Shown: one piece after another, positions 49,625-62,459 of the stretch
How the letters are laid out: each line of letters begins with the position of its first letter
How positions within the stretch are numbered: position 1 is the stretch's first letter
DNA from: Felis catus
Lineage: Eukaryota
Direction: 5' to 3'
DNA: 64,000 bases
NCBI RefSeq assembly: GCF_018350175.1
Contig: NC_058368.1
Location: 185,134,001-185,198,000, forward strand
The notes under the pieces: generated by a model
The model's database searches: none
The model's input: only the letters and a program-made list of their open reading frames with translations
What the model was told of the DNA's origin: nothing
Translations under genes and position numbers: made by a program

Positions 49625-49850
49625 TCCAATAATGGCTACTATTGGCTATTTATTTTGTGTTGGTACTGTCTTAAGTGCTTTATACACTTTTTCTGAGTTA
49701 ATCTACACAACAATTCCTGAGGTCCATAGCCATTTTATAGTTGAGGAAATAAGAGGAATGTAATTTGTCCCAAATCTCATAACATAACCAGTAAGTGGAG
49801 AAGGGGGAATTCAACCCTTACACCATTTGATTTTAAGCTCCTTACCATAA
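49625..49850 (-). mobile_element. MIR
   Basis: CCATTTTATAGTTGAGGAAA...TAATTTGTCCCAAATC...CCAGTAAGTGG...GGAATTCAAACCC. Confidence 0.75.
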
Positions 49851-51634
49851 CTAGTTTGCAAAGTTGTTTCCTCAGAAAGGTGAATGTTAAAATGGGACCT
49901 GGGAGATGTAAATTCCAGAAAGATAATCCCAGAAATCTCAGAGAATTGGAGATGATGCATTTTCTAGGCAATTCTTAGGAACTTTATTTTTCTTCATGCA
50001 CTGGAGATTTCACAGCAGAAGGGTGATGATGACCACAGTTAATGACCCTAAACTGACAAAGTTAAGGAAATATTTAAAGTGAGGTATTATTTCCTTGTAG
50101 TCTACTGATAGCTACCCACCCCATGTAAGAATATAAACTTCTATATACATGGTCATAAAAACAAACAAAACATTTGGTAGATTTTCTACTGCTAGTTGGT
50201 CAAAATGTTGCTGTACAATGAATTAAATCAGTTTTGTTGTTCCTTTTTCTTGGAAGGTACTATCGTAAATAGCATTTGACTTTTTGGGGGGTAATTTTAA
50301 ATGGAATATTGTAAAGGAGTATATACCAGAATCACACATTTCTGTGTGGTTGATTCAATTTACTCAAATCTAATGGAAAAATGTGTTCATTTCCATTTAA
50401 AAAAATATCAACAGATTCAGAGCAAAAGAAAAATATAGCTAAAGCAATAAAACAAAAAACCCTACTTTTGCTGTTCGTGAATCTTTAGAAGCTGAGAGTG
50501 TAATATATATTGTACCGCTATTTTTAAAATAACATTATTTAGATAGATATTCTCTACTAGTTTGGTATTAACATTAATATAAATTTCAAAGATATATAAA
50601 TATTAATATATTTTAATGTCAGAAATTTTACATCCTGTAGAAGTTAAAAGTTAGTTACTTTTATTATCCCTTGAAATTTTGAATTCTACTAATTATAACC
50701 ATTACTTATCTAATACATAAAGTAAAGCATTTTAGTAAATTGCTTTAAAATGGATGAATGAAATTCATATTTTATGCATAGATCATTTTATTCTTTACCA
50801 TTTTCCTTATGGAAATTTGGTTTTTGCCTGACAAAAAGAATGCAATTTCCATTATTAGATTCTTATTTTCTTATTTATTTCCTCTTGTGTTACTCTTTTG
50901 CAGTTGGGATAAAATGCAGAATTAGATTTTGTGTCAAATTGCCTTAAAGATGTCAGTAATTTCCCCTTTGCCTCCCCAAAGAGGTCATTTTCCAGGCACT
51001 TGCCCTTCCCTCTAGGTCCAGCATGAGATGTCCTTTCAGCTCTGCAATTTTCATCCTCAACCTTTCCATTTCTATTCAACTTTCAGACAATTCATCTAGG
51101 GAGCCAGAAGGGAGTTCCTGACCTCCCTTGGCCCATCAGGTCTTGTTTATAGAAATGACACTTTTGTGGTTAGCTGAGCTAGAAGTTCCTGTGCATTCTG
51201 GTGTCAAGTTCTCTATTTCTGGATGACCTAGATGAGGGAGGCCATATGTAAACCATAGAATAAATGACTTAAGTGAGAAGTGGTTTAGAGTGAGAGACAC
51301 ACAAATGCATAAGAACACAGAATATAAGGGACATACCCTCTCTTCTCCCCTGTAGCTTCCACCCCAACATCCCTTACCCCCCACCCCCGCATACCTAGCT
51401 GCCTGACAACTTTTTGGTTTTCAAGAGACTTTACTGTCATTCTTATAGTGAGACTGATTGAGAGTGAAGTAAAACCAATTTTTCCTTGAAGTATATTGAG
51501 TGGGTATTTGTGCCTTGCAATCAAATGGGCATTGTCTAACACAGGCAAAAAAGATTCTTTATCTGCAGTCTTGAATGAGAAAGGATGCTGTATCAACCAA
51601 GGTATGTTTGATATATACTTGAAGCTAATAATTC

Positions 51635-52135
51635 TGTTTAGTGGATATATGTTTCCTCCTGTCCACCATCCATTTTCTTCTGATAATTGCCATTCTTTTA
51701 ATAATTGTGCTTGGATTTTCCTTTGGGCAAATACCCCTTCTTACTTTTTAACTCATATAATTTGTACAAAGTTCATCCCTATGTCCAAACGTATTCAGAG
51801 ATATGTGTTACTCAAGTTAGGTACATAGCACTCAATTCCAGGAATGTGTAAATGTACCACTGAGAAAGAAAAGTCAAGGGCAGTGTAAGTCTGGAGGTGC
51901 TGAAAGCAACCACATGGAAAAAACCCACCAAATGGTAAAGCCAACACAGAGAAAGCCATGCAACCTATGGCAGGACTGACCCTGGCATCATTGTTTGAAC
52001 CCTGGGATCCAGCTGTATCAGAAGGAAGAATTATCCCTGAACTGTTTAGTTTTTGAAGACAATGACTCCCTTCTTCCTTTTTTTCCCCCAAGGCAGTTTG
52101 AGTTGTTTCTGTCACATGCAGCTCATAATATTGAC
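51635..52135 (+). mobile_element. Old MaLR LTR (MLT1K-like)
   Basis: CATCATTGTTTGAACCCTGGGATCCAGCTGTATCAGAAG...CAGTTTGAGTTGTTTCTGTCAC. Confidence 0.6.
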
Positions 52136-52388
52136 CTAAATACCCTGTGAAAATGACATGGGAAGCAGAAGACCTAAAACCTGCCCATAAATAATTTCCT
52201 ATAAGTAAGATAAAGCAGATTAACAGGCATGTAGTCATTAGAAAACAGAACAAAATGTATTATTAAATGTCAGACTTTGAAATAATCTAAATATTGTCCC
52301 ATGAGATGCTGATACTTTAGCATCTCTATTCATTATGTAGAATCTCTACTTTTGCATTACATTTGAAAGTGTTGCCCCATCTTCATAG

Positions 52389-52427
52389 TCAACAGATATG
52401 AAGACAAAGTACTTGGAATGGTGACAG
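52389..52427 (+). other. Candidate 39-nt frame-preserving micro-exon
   Basis: CCCCATCTTCATAG| acceptor and consensus CAG|GTAAGT donor; open in phase 1 (xNRYEDKVLGMVT). Confidence 0.2.
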
Positions 52428-52619
52428 GTAAGTACCTGTATTTTGCATCAGATCATAAAGAAATCTGAAGAAAAATCATAAGAAAAGCATTTGCAGTTCA
52501 CATTAGACAAAATAAATACATTAAGATATCATGAGAAAAATAAGCAAGCAAACATTTTCACCAACAGCAAAAAATAAAGCAAAAACTAAACCAACCAAAC
52601 AAAACCAAGAGAGGAAATT

Positions 52620-54878
52620 TTGTTTTTGTTTTTGTTCTCAAAAGTTGTTTGTTTGTTTATTTATTTCAAGATTTTATTTAAATTCAAGTTAGTTGACATG
52701 TAGTGTAATATTGGTTTCGGGAATAGAATTTAGTGATTCATCACTTATGTACAACACCCGGTGCTCATCATAACTAGTGCCCTCCTTAGTACCCATTACC
52801 TATCTAGTGCATCCTCCACCCACCTTCCTCCATCAACCCTAATTTTGTTCTCTATAGTTAAAAGTCTCTTATGGTTTGCCTCCCTCTCTGTTTTTATCTT
52901 ATTTTATTTTTCCTTTTGTTCCCTTGTTTTCATCTGTTTTGTTTCTTAAATTCCACATGTGAGCAAACTCATCTGGCATTTGTCTTTCTCTGACTGACTT
53001 ATTTCACTTAGCATAATACACTCTAGTTCTATCCATGTTGTTGCTAATGACAAAATTTCATTCTTTTTGATGGCTGAGTAATATTCTGTTATATATATTT
53101 GTATGTGTATATATTGATGGCTGAGTAATATTCCATTATATATATTATATATATTATATATATATTTATATATATATAACATATATATATTATATATATA
53201 CACACATATATAATATATATACACACACACACAGACAAATCTTTATCCATTCATCAGTTGATGATCATTTGGGCTGTTTTCATAATTTGGCTATAATTGA
53301 TAGTGCTGCCATAAACATTGGGGTGCATGTGCCCCTTTGAATCAGTATTTTTGAATCCTTTGGACAAATACCTGATAGTGCAATTACTGGGTCATCGGGT
53401 AATTCTATTTTTAACTTTTGGAGGAACTTCCATACTGTTCTCCAGAATGGCTGCACCGGTGTGCATTCCCACCAACAGTGCAAAGGGTTCCCCTTTCTCT
53501 GCATGTTCACCAACATCAGTTGTTTCCAGTTTTGTTAATTTTAGTCATTCTGACAGGTGTGAGGTGGTATCTCATTGTGATTTTGATTTGTATTTCCCTG
53601 ATGATGTTGAGCATTTTTTCATGTGTATGTTAGTCCTTTGTATGTCTTCTTTGGAAAAATGACTGACTGTTCATGTCTTCTGCCCATTTCTTAACTGGAT
53701 TATTTATTTTTTGAGTGTTGAGTTTGATAAGTTTTTTATAGATTTTGGGTACTAGTCCTTTATTCTATATGTCATTTGCAAATATCTTCTCCCATTTCGT
53801 TGGATGCCTTTTAGTTCTGTTGATTGTTTCTCTCACTGTGCAGAACTTTTTATCTTGATGAGGTTTCAATAGTTCACATTTCCTTTTGTCTCCCTTCCCT
53901 CCAGAGACATGTCTAGTAAGATGTTGCTGCAGCCAAGGTCAAAGAGGTTGCTGCCTGTGTTCTCCTCTAGGATTTTGATGACTTCCTGTCTCCCATATAG
54001 TTCATATAGTTTGAATTTATTTTTGTGTATGGTATAATATTCCATTGGATATTCTTTCCTGCTTTATCAAAGATTGGTTGACCGTATAGTTGTGGGTCCA
54101 TTTCTGGGTTCTCTATTCTGTTCCATTGATCTGTGTGTCTGTTTTTGTGCCAATACCATACTGTCTTGATGATTACAGCTTTGTAGTATTGCTTGAAGTC
54201 TGGAATTGTGATACCTCCTGCTTTGCTTTTCTTTTTCAACATGACTTTGGCTATTCGGGGTCTTTTGTAGTTCCATACAAACTTCGGAATTGTTTGTTCT
54301 AGCCTTGTGAAAAATGCTGGTGGTTTTGATAGGGACTGTGTTGAATGTAAAGATTGCTTTGGTAGTATACACATTTTAGCAATATTTGCTCATTCAATCC
54401 ATGAACATAGAATGTTTTTCCGTTTCTTTGTGTCTTCTTCATTTTTTTTTTTTTTGTTTCTTTCATAATGTTCTATAGTTTTCAGTGTACAAATCTTTTA
54501 CCTCTTTGGTTAGGTTTATTCCTGGGTATCTTATGGTCTTTCGTGCAACTGTAAATGGGATCAATTCCTTGATTTCTCTTTCTGCTGCCTCATTATTGGT
54601 GTATAGAAATGCAACCAATTTCTGTATGCTGATTTTATATCCTGCAACCTTGCTGAATTTGTGTATCAGTTATAGCAATTTTTTGGTAGAGTCTTTTGGG
54701 TTTTCTACATAGAGTATCATGCTGTCTGCAAAGAGTGCAAGTTTGACTTCCTCCTTACTGATTTGGATGCCTTTTATTTCTTTCTGTTGTTTGATTGCTG
54801 AGGCTAGGACTTCCAGCACTATGTTGAACAGTGGTGAGAGTGGACATCTCTGTCATGTTCATGACCTTAGGGGAAAAG
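52620..54878 (-). mobile_element. 5'-truncated carnivore/felid L1 (ORF2 C-terminal part plus 3' UTR)
   Basis: ORF2 peptides FVWNYKRPRIAK, AGGITIPDFKQYYKAVIIKTVWYWHKNR and CTPMFMAAL; TSD core CAAGAGAGGA at 52606 and 54879. Confidence 0.97.
53137..53222 (+). repeat. Imperfect (TA)n tract in L1
   Basis: Directly visible. Confidence 0.93.
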
Positions 54879-56084
54879 CAAGAGAGGAGATATTTTAAAA
54901 TTGGTTATGTTAAGGTATTTTTTTAAATTCTTAATTGCCACTTAGAATTATCTCATCCATTTTATTGTGTATCATTGCCAACCAGGATACTAAATATATT
55001 TCATTTGTCATGAATGCCAATTTACTTTATGCATTTTTATATACACAGGTAAGCTGGTATAGCAGATGTGGAAAACAGAACAGAGCAAACCTCACTGAGC
55101 TCAGGGATTTCTAAGATGCCCATGTTTGGGCTTCAGGGACATCTGTGCTTCTCTGGAAATTGTCAAAATTTGTATAAATGTGCATTTTTTTTTGCTTTAA
55201 GAGAAACTGTAATTTTCATCAGTTTCTTAAAGGTATCTATAATCCTAGAAAACATTATAATGTCCTGTCAACTTTGGGTCATTTAAAAGAAACTATTTAT
55301 CATAGCTACATATTAATATATGCTATCATATTAAGATATTTTTTGCATTTTGAAGTAAACTATAGACAATGCTAAAGTCCTAAATAAATTTTAGAAGTAA
55401 ATACATTTTTCCTACGTAAGATATACGCATACAGTCGAGTAATAACTCTTTCAGATATTTAGCTTAAAATATATAGTAGCAATTATTATCTGTATCAAAA
55501 TTGTATTTTGACTAATTTTCATTTATTAACTATCTCTGTTGCTTTCTGGATGTTAGCTTTATTCTGTTTGCGTGACTTTCTCCATTTTCAAGACACAGCT
55601 CTTCACATAGCCCCTGACCTTTATAATCCTCCACTTTTCCAATAGTAAAGGTCTATCTCTTTTTATCATTTCCAGTTTGAAAAAACTTAGGGAAAATATT
55701 TGGTCTGTCTCACATACTCATTCCAATTTCCCTGAGGCAGAGAGGATGGGTACTATGGTTAGCACATTGTATTAAAACATGTTTGGAGTGAGGAGCAGGG
55801 ATAAAAGGATGTACCCCACCCCATCCCAGGAGCCTATTATTCCTAGGAGTTAAGAAGGATGATGGGAAAATAAAATGATAAATCTTGGCTAGAGGGAATG
55901 TATTTCAGGAAGTAATGTGAAATATGGCACAAATATTTGAATTTGCATGGAAATTTGCAGGCAACTAGAGCAGTAGCATCCTCTCTGGGTTGTAAGAAGT
56001 ATAGACTATAGAAATAGACAAGGGCCAGATTGGGAAGACTGTGTATGCTATGATAAGGGATTGAAATTTTATCCCACATACCAG

Positions 56085-56256
56085 GGTGTTGTAAATATTG
56101 CATTAGCGTCATAGGAGGAAGAGGGATTTGTTAAAATGCAGATTCACCAACTCAACACTAGACACAAAGAATCCAAATCACTGGGGGCTCGAAAGCCTGC
56201 ATTTTAAAAAAAGCACCTCAGGTGATGCTTATGTGCACTAAATACTGAAAATCTCT
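56085..56256. mobile_element. MER5-like hAT-Charlie DNA transposon
   Basis: TTGTTAAAATGCAGATTC...CTGCATTTTAAAAAAAGCACCTCAGGTGATGCTTATGTGCACTAAA...TGAAAATCTCTG. Confidence 0.8.
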
Positions 56257-56984
56257 GCTAAGAAGAATAGAGAAATAGGAAGAAACAAAATGGCACAAAC
56301 TAAAACATCTGTTAATGTGGCTACAGGCCCCAGAGTAAGTCAATTTTGTTCCACATGGCAGTGTGTGAGCTTGAGGCACATGAGGGCATGTTCTGTGCAT
56401 ATGTCTCAGAGTGATTGTGTTCTAGCTAAACATTTCAAGGAAAACACCATGCAGTGGCATAGACTTTCAAGAATGAAAATGATGGTGAAATATCCCCACT
56501 TTAACTTATTCAAGAGAAGCTTTAAAATCCTAGAAAACTTGGGATCCCTCTAAGCATGAAAAGTTCTGTCTTTTAAAGAAGATGCAGAGGTTCTGAAAGA
56601 CATGTTAGTGAAGGAGACTGTAACCTGAGATCACTAGCCAGAGAGATGCTGGTAATCAGCGTATTGTCCTTAATCAGGAGAATTCAAGTGTTAAATAAAT
56701 ATCCAGTTTGCTGGTAGGTTTTCCTGACTACCTTTATTAGTCAATTTTACTTATCAGCATCTATTAGGAAAAGGTTTCTGCTACAGTGGATTGTCCTTTG
56801 CTATGCTGCCTTCTGCCCTTTGTAAACAGTGTTTGGGCTAAACAACAAGTGTCCCAAAGATTTTGCTCATGAGTTCCCAGTGTTTGACCAGGGATTTAGG
56901 CTGCATAGACTTAAGAGGATTACATGAAAATAATTGTAGCTTTTTTCTTCTTTGAAAACAAAGAAGTCTAAAAATTGGGTTCAG

Positions 56985-57200
56985 TTTCAGCTCAGAATAT
57001 TCAGGTTCTTGCCTCAACCAGCTGTTGAATAGTTTTGTGTTCTTGAGAAACTATTTAATCTTTTTAGTTTTTCTGTAAAACGGGGATAATAATGCCATCT
57101 TGCTCATCCCCACAAGACAATGAGTGGCAAATAAAATGATATAATGGAAAAACTCTATTGAAATACATACTCTTTTATAAAAGCAATGAGTTATTCTATA
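56985..57200 (+). mobile_element. MIR
   Basis: CTGTAAAACGGGGATAATAATGCC core. Confidence 0.7.
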
Positions 57201-58117
57201 AAAGAAAGTGCAGCCAGTTATACAAAATTTATTGTAAAATATATCATTGCCCCTAGGAGTTTAAAATCTAAGACAATACATATGCAGGAAGAAAAAGCTC
57301 CATGCAAATGCTATTATAACTGGGAAAAGTTGTGAAATCTGGACATAAAAATGCGTCAAGAGTTTGGAAATGTGCCCATTTACGGCAGAGTTCTTGACAT
57401 CAAGTAGAATAATGATTCCATTTAAAATTCTGACAACTGCTGTTACCTGTTTTTGTTTTGTTTTGTTTGAAAAGTATTACTTCCTGCCTTTTCTGCTCTT
57501 CTGTGCTAGGCTGATAACAAGATTTGAAAGTTGGTGTGTACCTGTGTGAGTCCATAAATGAAAAGAAGCCTTCCAAAAGATTTGCTCTTTCAAAGCCTTT
57601 CTTTGGGTTTTTCTGATGTGACCTGATCTTAATGTTAAGTTTAATCCCAACAAGCTGCCTTTGGTTTACTGGCCTCTGCAGCATAGCCCTCACTCTGCTC
57701 TTTGATCAGTTATCATGTTGCTTCATGCTGCCATTACATCCATCTTGCTTGGCAGCTTCATTATTCTTACTCTTGAGTCTCACTGCTCTTTTGCGTACAA
57801 GAATATCTGTGTAGAATTATTGCTACTTTGGTGCAGTTATTTGGCCTGCTTTTTCTCAAACCCAGTGAAAAGTAAGCAAGTGAAAGAGTGTCTGTGGTTT
57901 AAGGATTTCTTTTCAGAAAATTATGAACAATTCAATTTATAGCATTGGTAAAGATGGACAGCTTGTGAGTGTGTTGATTGCTGTTTGTCATAATAGGATC
58001 TTGTACATCCAGGTGCCCAACATTTGAACTCCTTTAAAATAGCCTAAATATTTGTCAGGGAGGAAACGTCCATTTTCTTAAAACCTCCTAGACATATAGG
58101 ACTGTTGTCAGTTTGAT

Positions 58118-58118
<1 letters not shown>

Positions 58119-58160
<42 letters not shown>
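58119..58160 (+). repeat. (GT)21 microsatellite
   Basis: Directly visible. Confidence 0.97.
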
Positions 58161-58162
<2 letters not shown>

Positions 58163-58344
58163 CCATACAGGAGCACCCCTTAACAGAAGAACTAATGTGG
58201 GACACCCACGAATCTCTCCTCTCCAGTATGTACATTTAGGCCTAGATCCTCTGATATAGCTGAAATTGGCAGCACACCATTAGCAGGATTGAGCAAAGTT
58301 TGGTAAAACTCCTGATAATTTTTAAGTCTTTACTTTCCCTCCAA

Positions 58345-58545
58345 AACAGCTTTGGAATCAGACAAGTCTTGTGTTCAAAAGTAGGTGCCATTTGCCACTG
58401 TGTTATCTTGTATATGTTACATTAGCTTTCCGGAAAATGGGGACAGTAAACTTCTCATAGGTTTGTTGTAAGGCTTAAATGTGTAATATATAAAAGGCCC
58501 CAAATAGTACCTGACATATAGAAGGTACTCAGTAAATAGAGATCT
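58345..58545 (+). mobile_element. MIR
   Basis: GCTTTGGAATCAGACA...AAAATGGGGACAGTAA...CCTGACATATAGAAGGTACTCAGTAAATA. Confidence 0.75.
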
Positions 58546-61227
58546 ATCCCATCACCAATTACGTTTTCCACCTTGTGTTTATTTATTGTGATGGCATGAG
58601 ACATATCTGTTCATATTTTCTGTTGGCCAATATTTTACTTTAGAGGATTTGTAACCTCAGTTCCTCAAAAGCCTGACATTTTTATGCATCTTAGGTATGC
58701 ATCTTGGAGAGTCTCAAAACAGTTCTGATTAGCAAACTTAATAAAAACATAGCTAAATTAAACCAACCAAACTCCTTGTTCTTTAATAAATCTCTTTCAA
58801 TAAGACTTCCTGGATTATAGTAAGAATTACCTGAGGATAAAATATTAATTTGTTTTTAATTCAGCGCACTGCAATGAAGGATGCTGATATTATTAAACTC
58901 AACTTTTCTCTGACTCGGGGTCGAAACTAAATCACCGTCAAGTAGTAAGGCCACATACCACAGCAACACACGGGCTGAAGGGCTTTGCAAACACTGCAAC
59001 TTTAGGAGAAAGTTTAATCAACTGGAGCAAAGCTATATATTTAATGTACATTAAAACATCATAAATGAGGGATATTAAGTTCATTGTTTACTTTGATTTA
59101 AATTATTGAAAGGCATTCAGCAAGATAAAATGGTTTATCTTCTATGGCTTTCTTTGGATGTTCTCTATGATTTAAAAATCTTTTTATAAAAGGAGAGAAA
59201 AAGGGGATTTGGTAGTAAGAGAGCTGAATCTCAGAGGGCCATTTACATATTATTGAAATTGCATAGACAACACTGAGAGACTTAAGCTATTAAAAGGCTG
59301 TCTGGCAGTAGTAAAGGTTGTTTGGTCTGTCTTCTTCCTTTGCTCACAGGGTTGAACATATAACTAACACGCTGTTATCAGTCTCCTATGAAAATACTGT
59401 TGCTATTTTTTCATCACTGAGTGCTGGAGTAAAATACTCATCTGCCTTCCCAGGTCTGGCAGGAAATAAAATAAGTGAAATGCGCTGGGCAGGGTCCATG
59501 GCCAGCTGGATCTCACATGCTAATGGTCTCTGAACCTCACCTCCATAATTATTGCCACATCTAAGTTTTCAAGAAAAAACAAAAATTAGATTTTTATGTA
59601 AAAGTGTTCCTTTATATAGTCTATAGGAAATTAAACATGTGTCCTTCTTTAGAAAGCAAATTTGAGCTACATGGGCCCATGATTTGTCTGACCCTTCACT
59701 CAAGCACAAAAAGCCACACCCAACCTGGATTTAACTTTCTTTTTGTCTTATTGCTTTACTCACATCTACCACTACCACCCCCCACTCTCACCTTTTACAT
59801 ACATACATACATACATACCCAGAGTACTTACCCTCCCATTATGTCAAATTGTTTATCCTTTCTGGAACACATCAGTTACTTTCCTACCTCCCTGCTCTTC
59901 CATTAGCATGCATGCTCTCTTCCTGGGCCCCTTTCCACACACCAGCTCATGAAATCTCTACATCTTATTCAAGTACTAGCACATGACAAGTCTTCTGAGT
60001 TTTCTGTGAGCATCTGATCCCAGGACTAAGATGAATTCATGGCTCACTTATTGCACTTCTATACTTCCTTGCGTTATGATTCCTCATTTGCTATTACTCT
60101 TTAAACTCTGTTCACTCCAGTGTTGCTGGGAAGAAAAGCACAATGGCCATTGACAAAGTGCACCCAGTCCGGTTTGGCAACCAGAAAGACTTCCTGATTT
60201 GTTATCAGGTCACAATTCCTACCATTATTTCTTGAGATAAGGCCACCTCATGGGCACAGGAGCCAGGCTTGCAGACTGTCTGCTTGGACTGCTTTGCAGA
60301 ATGGATATTTAGAATTTCTGAGTCAAGCTCAATAGGGCAGATGACCCATAGTTCTTGGTTTAATAAGGCTGATTTCACAATCTTAGTTCAGTCCAAGCCT
60401 GGAGTAGTTCAGTCCAATCTTGTCTGCCTCATTCCAGTCTCTCCTAGCCTTGGCATTCATGAAAGAAAGCTTTATCAGAAAGGGGGAGGCCCTTTGTGAT
60501 ACAACTTTGGTAAGTAGTTTGAGCGATAGAGCATTTATTTTCCATGATCTCTACAAACAATTCATTCTCAACCCCTATTCCTGCTCATCATATTGCTCCC
60601 GAAGTCAAATTTTAAAGCTTTCTTATTCTAACCGGACTGGGAGCTTTCTATGGGGGTAGAGCTATATCTTGCTAACTTTGGTATCTTCAGTGCCTAGCAA
60701 ACAAAAGGAGCTCAAATACTTGTTAAGGGAACAGTCTGGAGGGAAGGATGACTATAAAGAGGGTGTAAGATCTTGCTTTTCATTTATAGCTAACATTTTG
60801 TGACCTAGGCTGCCAAATGTACTGTGGGCTCCTTGACCAGTCTCACGTTTACTAAACAAATACAGTGTAGGCTAATAGGACACCACACTGGCACCTTCTT
60901 CACATTTTAGGCAGATGGAGCAAACATAATTTGCTATGGTTTTATTTTATTTTGTCTCAGCCCTTATTGAACTTGGAGCTTACTCAGTATTTGCTCAGCC
61001 CAGTCAGGGACCTTGTCAAGATCAATGGCTGTTCTCACCACAATTTCCTTGTCTTATAGTTAAAATGATATATTTTCAAAGAAGATTTAATTTTAAGATG
61101 AATTTAAGATTAAATATACTCATTTTGACTAAGAACGAAGCTATCTGAACATATTGTGGTATGTTTTCTAGTTTTGTCTAAAGACACTTGCAAAAGAAGA
61201 TAATATCAAAATGATAATCAAGTTAGT

Positions 61228-61430
61228 AAAAATAGCAGTCATTTATTGAACATTTTATATGTGCCATGGTCTGTACCAAGTGCTTCAGACTGATGGATTT
61301 ACTCTGCAACTTTCTTCTGAGTTACAGATGAGATCCTACAACTCAAAGTTGTTAAGTAAACCACCCAGATGTGTAAGCTAATAAATGTTCATCTGTACTT
61401 AAAGCCTGAACTCTTTCCATGATACCAAAC
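61228..61430 (-). mobile_element. MIR
   Basis: AATAGCAGTCATTTATTGAACATTTTATATGTGCCA...TTACAGATGAG. Confidence 0.65.
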
Positions 61431-62053
61431 TCTGAGAGTGCAGTTTTACTTCCATTGTCTTCACAATCCAAAGTCCAAGTTAGTCATTTTAGTAGTTCCC
61501 CAGTTCTCTAAATTAGGAGCAATTTGAGGATGGCAGCACCCTTGGACATAAGAGGGTGAATGCAGGGCCTGCTCCCAGGAAGTATGTTCTCTGAAAGTCC
61601 CCCATTTTATACTTTAATGTCAGTCTTGATCTCTGTTCCTTAATAGCTGTCTTATAGCCAAGTGAAAAGTAAACCTTTTGGTAATTACATCTACTAACTC
61701 TGCTTCTCTTGGTGCTCATTATATTAAAATCAACAACCAAGTGATCACAGTTTACAACCAGTACCTCACATGCATTGGGAGCCTAGGATAAGACTGATGT
61801 TGGAAAGTTCAGGAGAGATTACCAATACAATGTTTACTTCAACATTGAATGCAGGGAGAGAGGCACTATTTGTTTTTCTGAAGAAGATTTAATAAGAAAA
61901 TTTGGGATTTAATAACAAACAGAAATATAAATCACCTTCCCAGGCATAAGGGCTCTGGTGATATGTGTGAATAGTAGGTGAATACATAACAAGAGTGCCT
62001 TCTGGATTGGTTATTTTACATGGAAGTTTCTTTATTTAAATATTTACATTTTT

Positions 62054-62265
62054 AGGGGCACCTGGGTGGCTCAGTCGGTAAAGTGTCTGACTTTGACTCA
62101 GATCATGATCTCACAGTTGGTGAGTTCAAGCCCTGCATCGGGGCTCTATGCTGACAGATCAGAGCCTGGAGTCTGTTTCAGATTCTGTGTGTCCCTCTCT
62201 CTTCTCTGCCCCTCCCTCACTCACACTCTGTCTGTCTCTCAAAAATAAACAAACATTAAAAAATG
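62054..62265 (+). mobile_element. CAN-SINE
   Basis: GGGGCACCTGGGTGGCTCAGTCGG head; 16-bp TSD TAAATATTTACATTTT at 62037 and 62266. Confidence 0.96.
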
Positions 62266-62459
62266 TAAATATTTACATTTTCAATCTATACTTTTAATAG
62301 TATAAGATATTTACTTAAAGCTATTTTTCAGTTATGGTATCATGGCTTCTATTGGTTTCTAGGTAAGTATGAATATTTCTTTGCACATAATCTACAAACT
62401 CGAAAAAAATAGCATAGGATTTGAAATTTTTATCAGGAATATTTAAAAGCTTAAATGGT

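Noticed and set aside
51795..52253. 152-aa hydrophobic ORF on the - strand
   Set aside because: It overlaps an old MaLR LTR, starts at a non-ATG codon and has no recognisable domain.
53280..54374. 135-aa and neighbouring ORFs
   Set aside because: Decayed L1 ORF2 with deletions and frameshifts.
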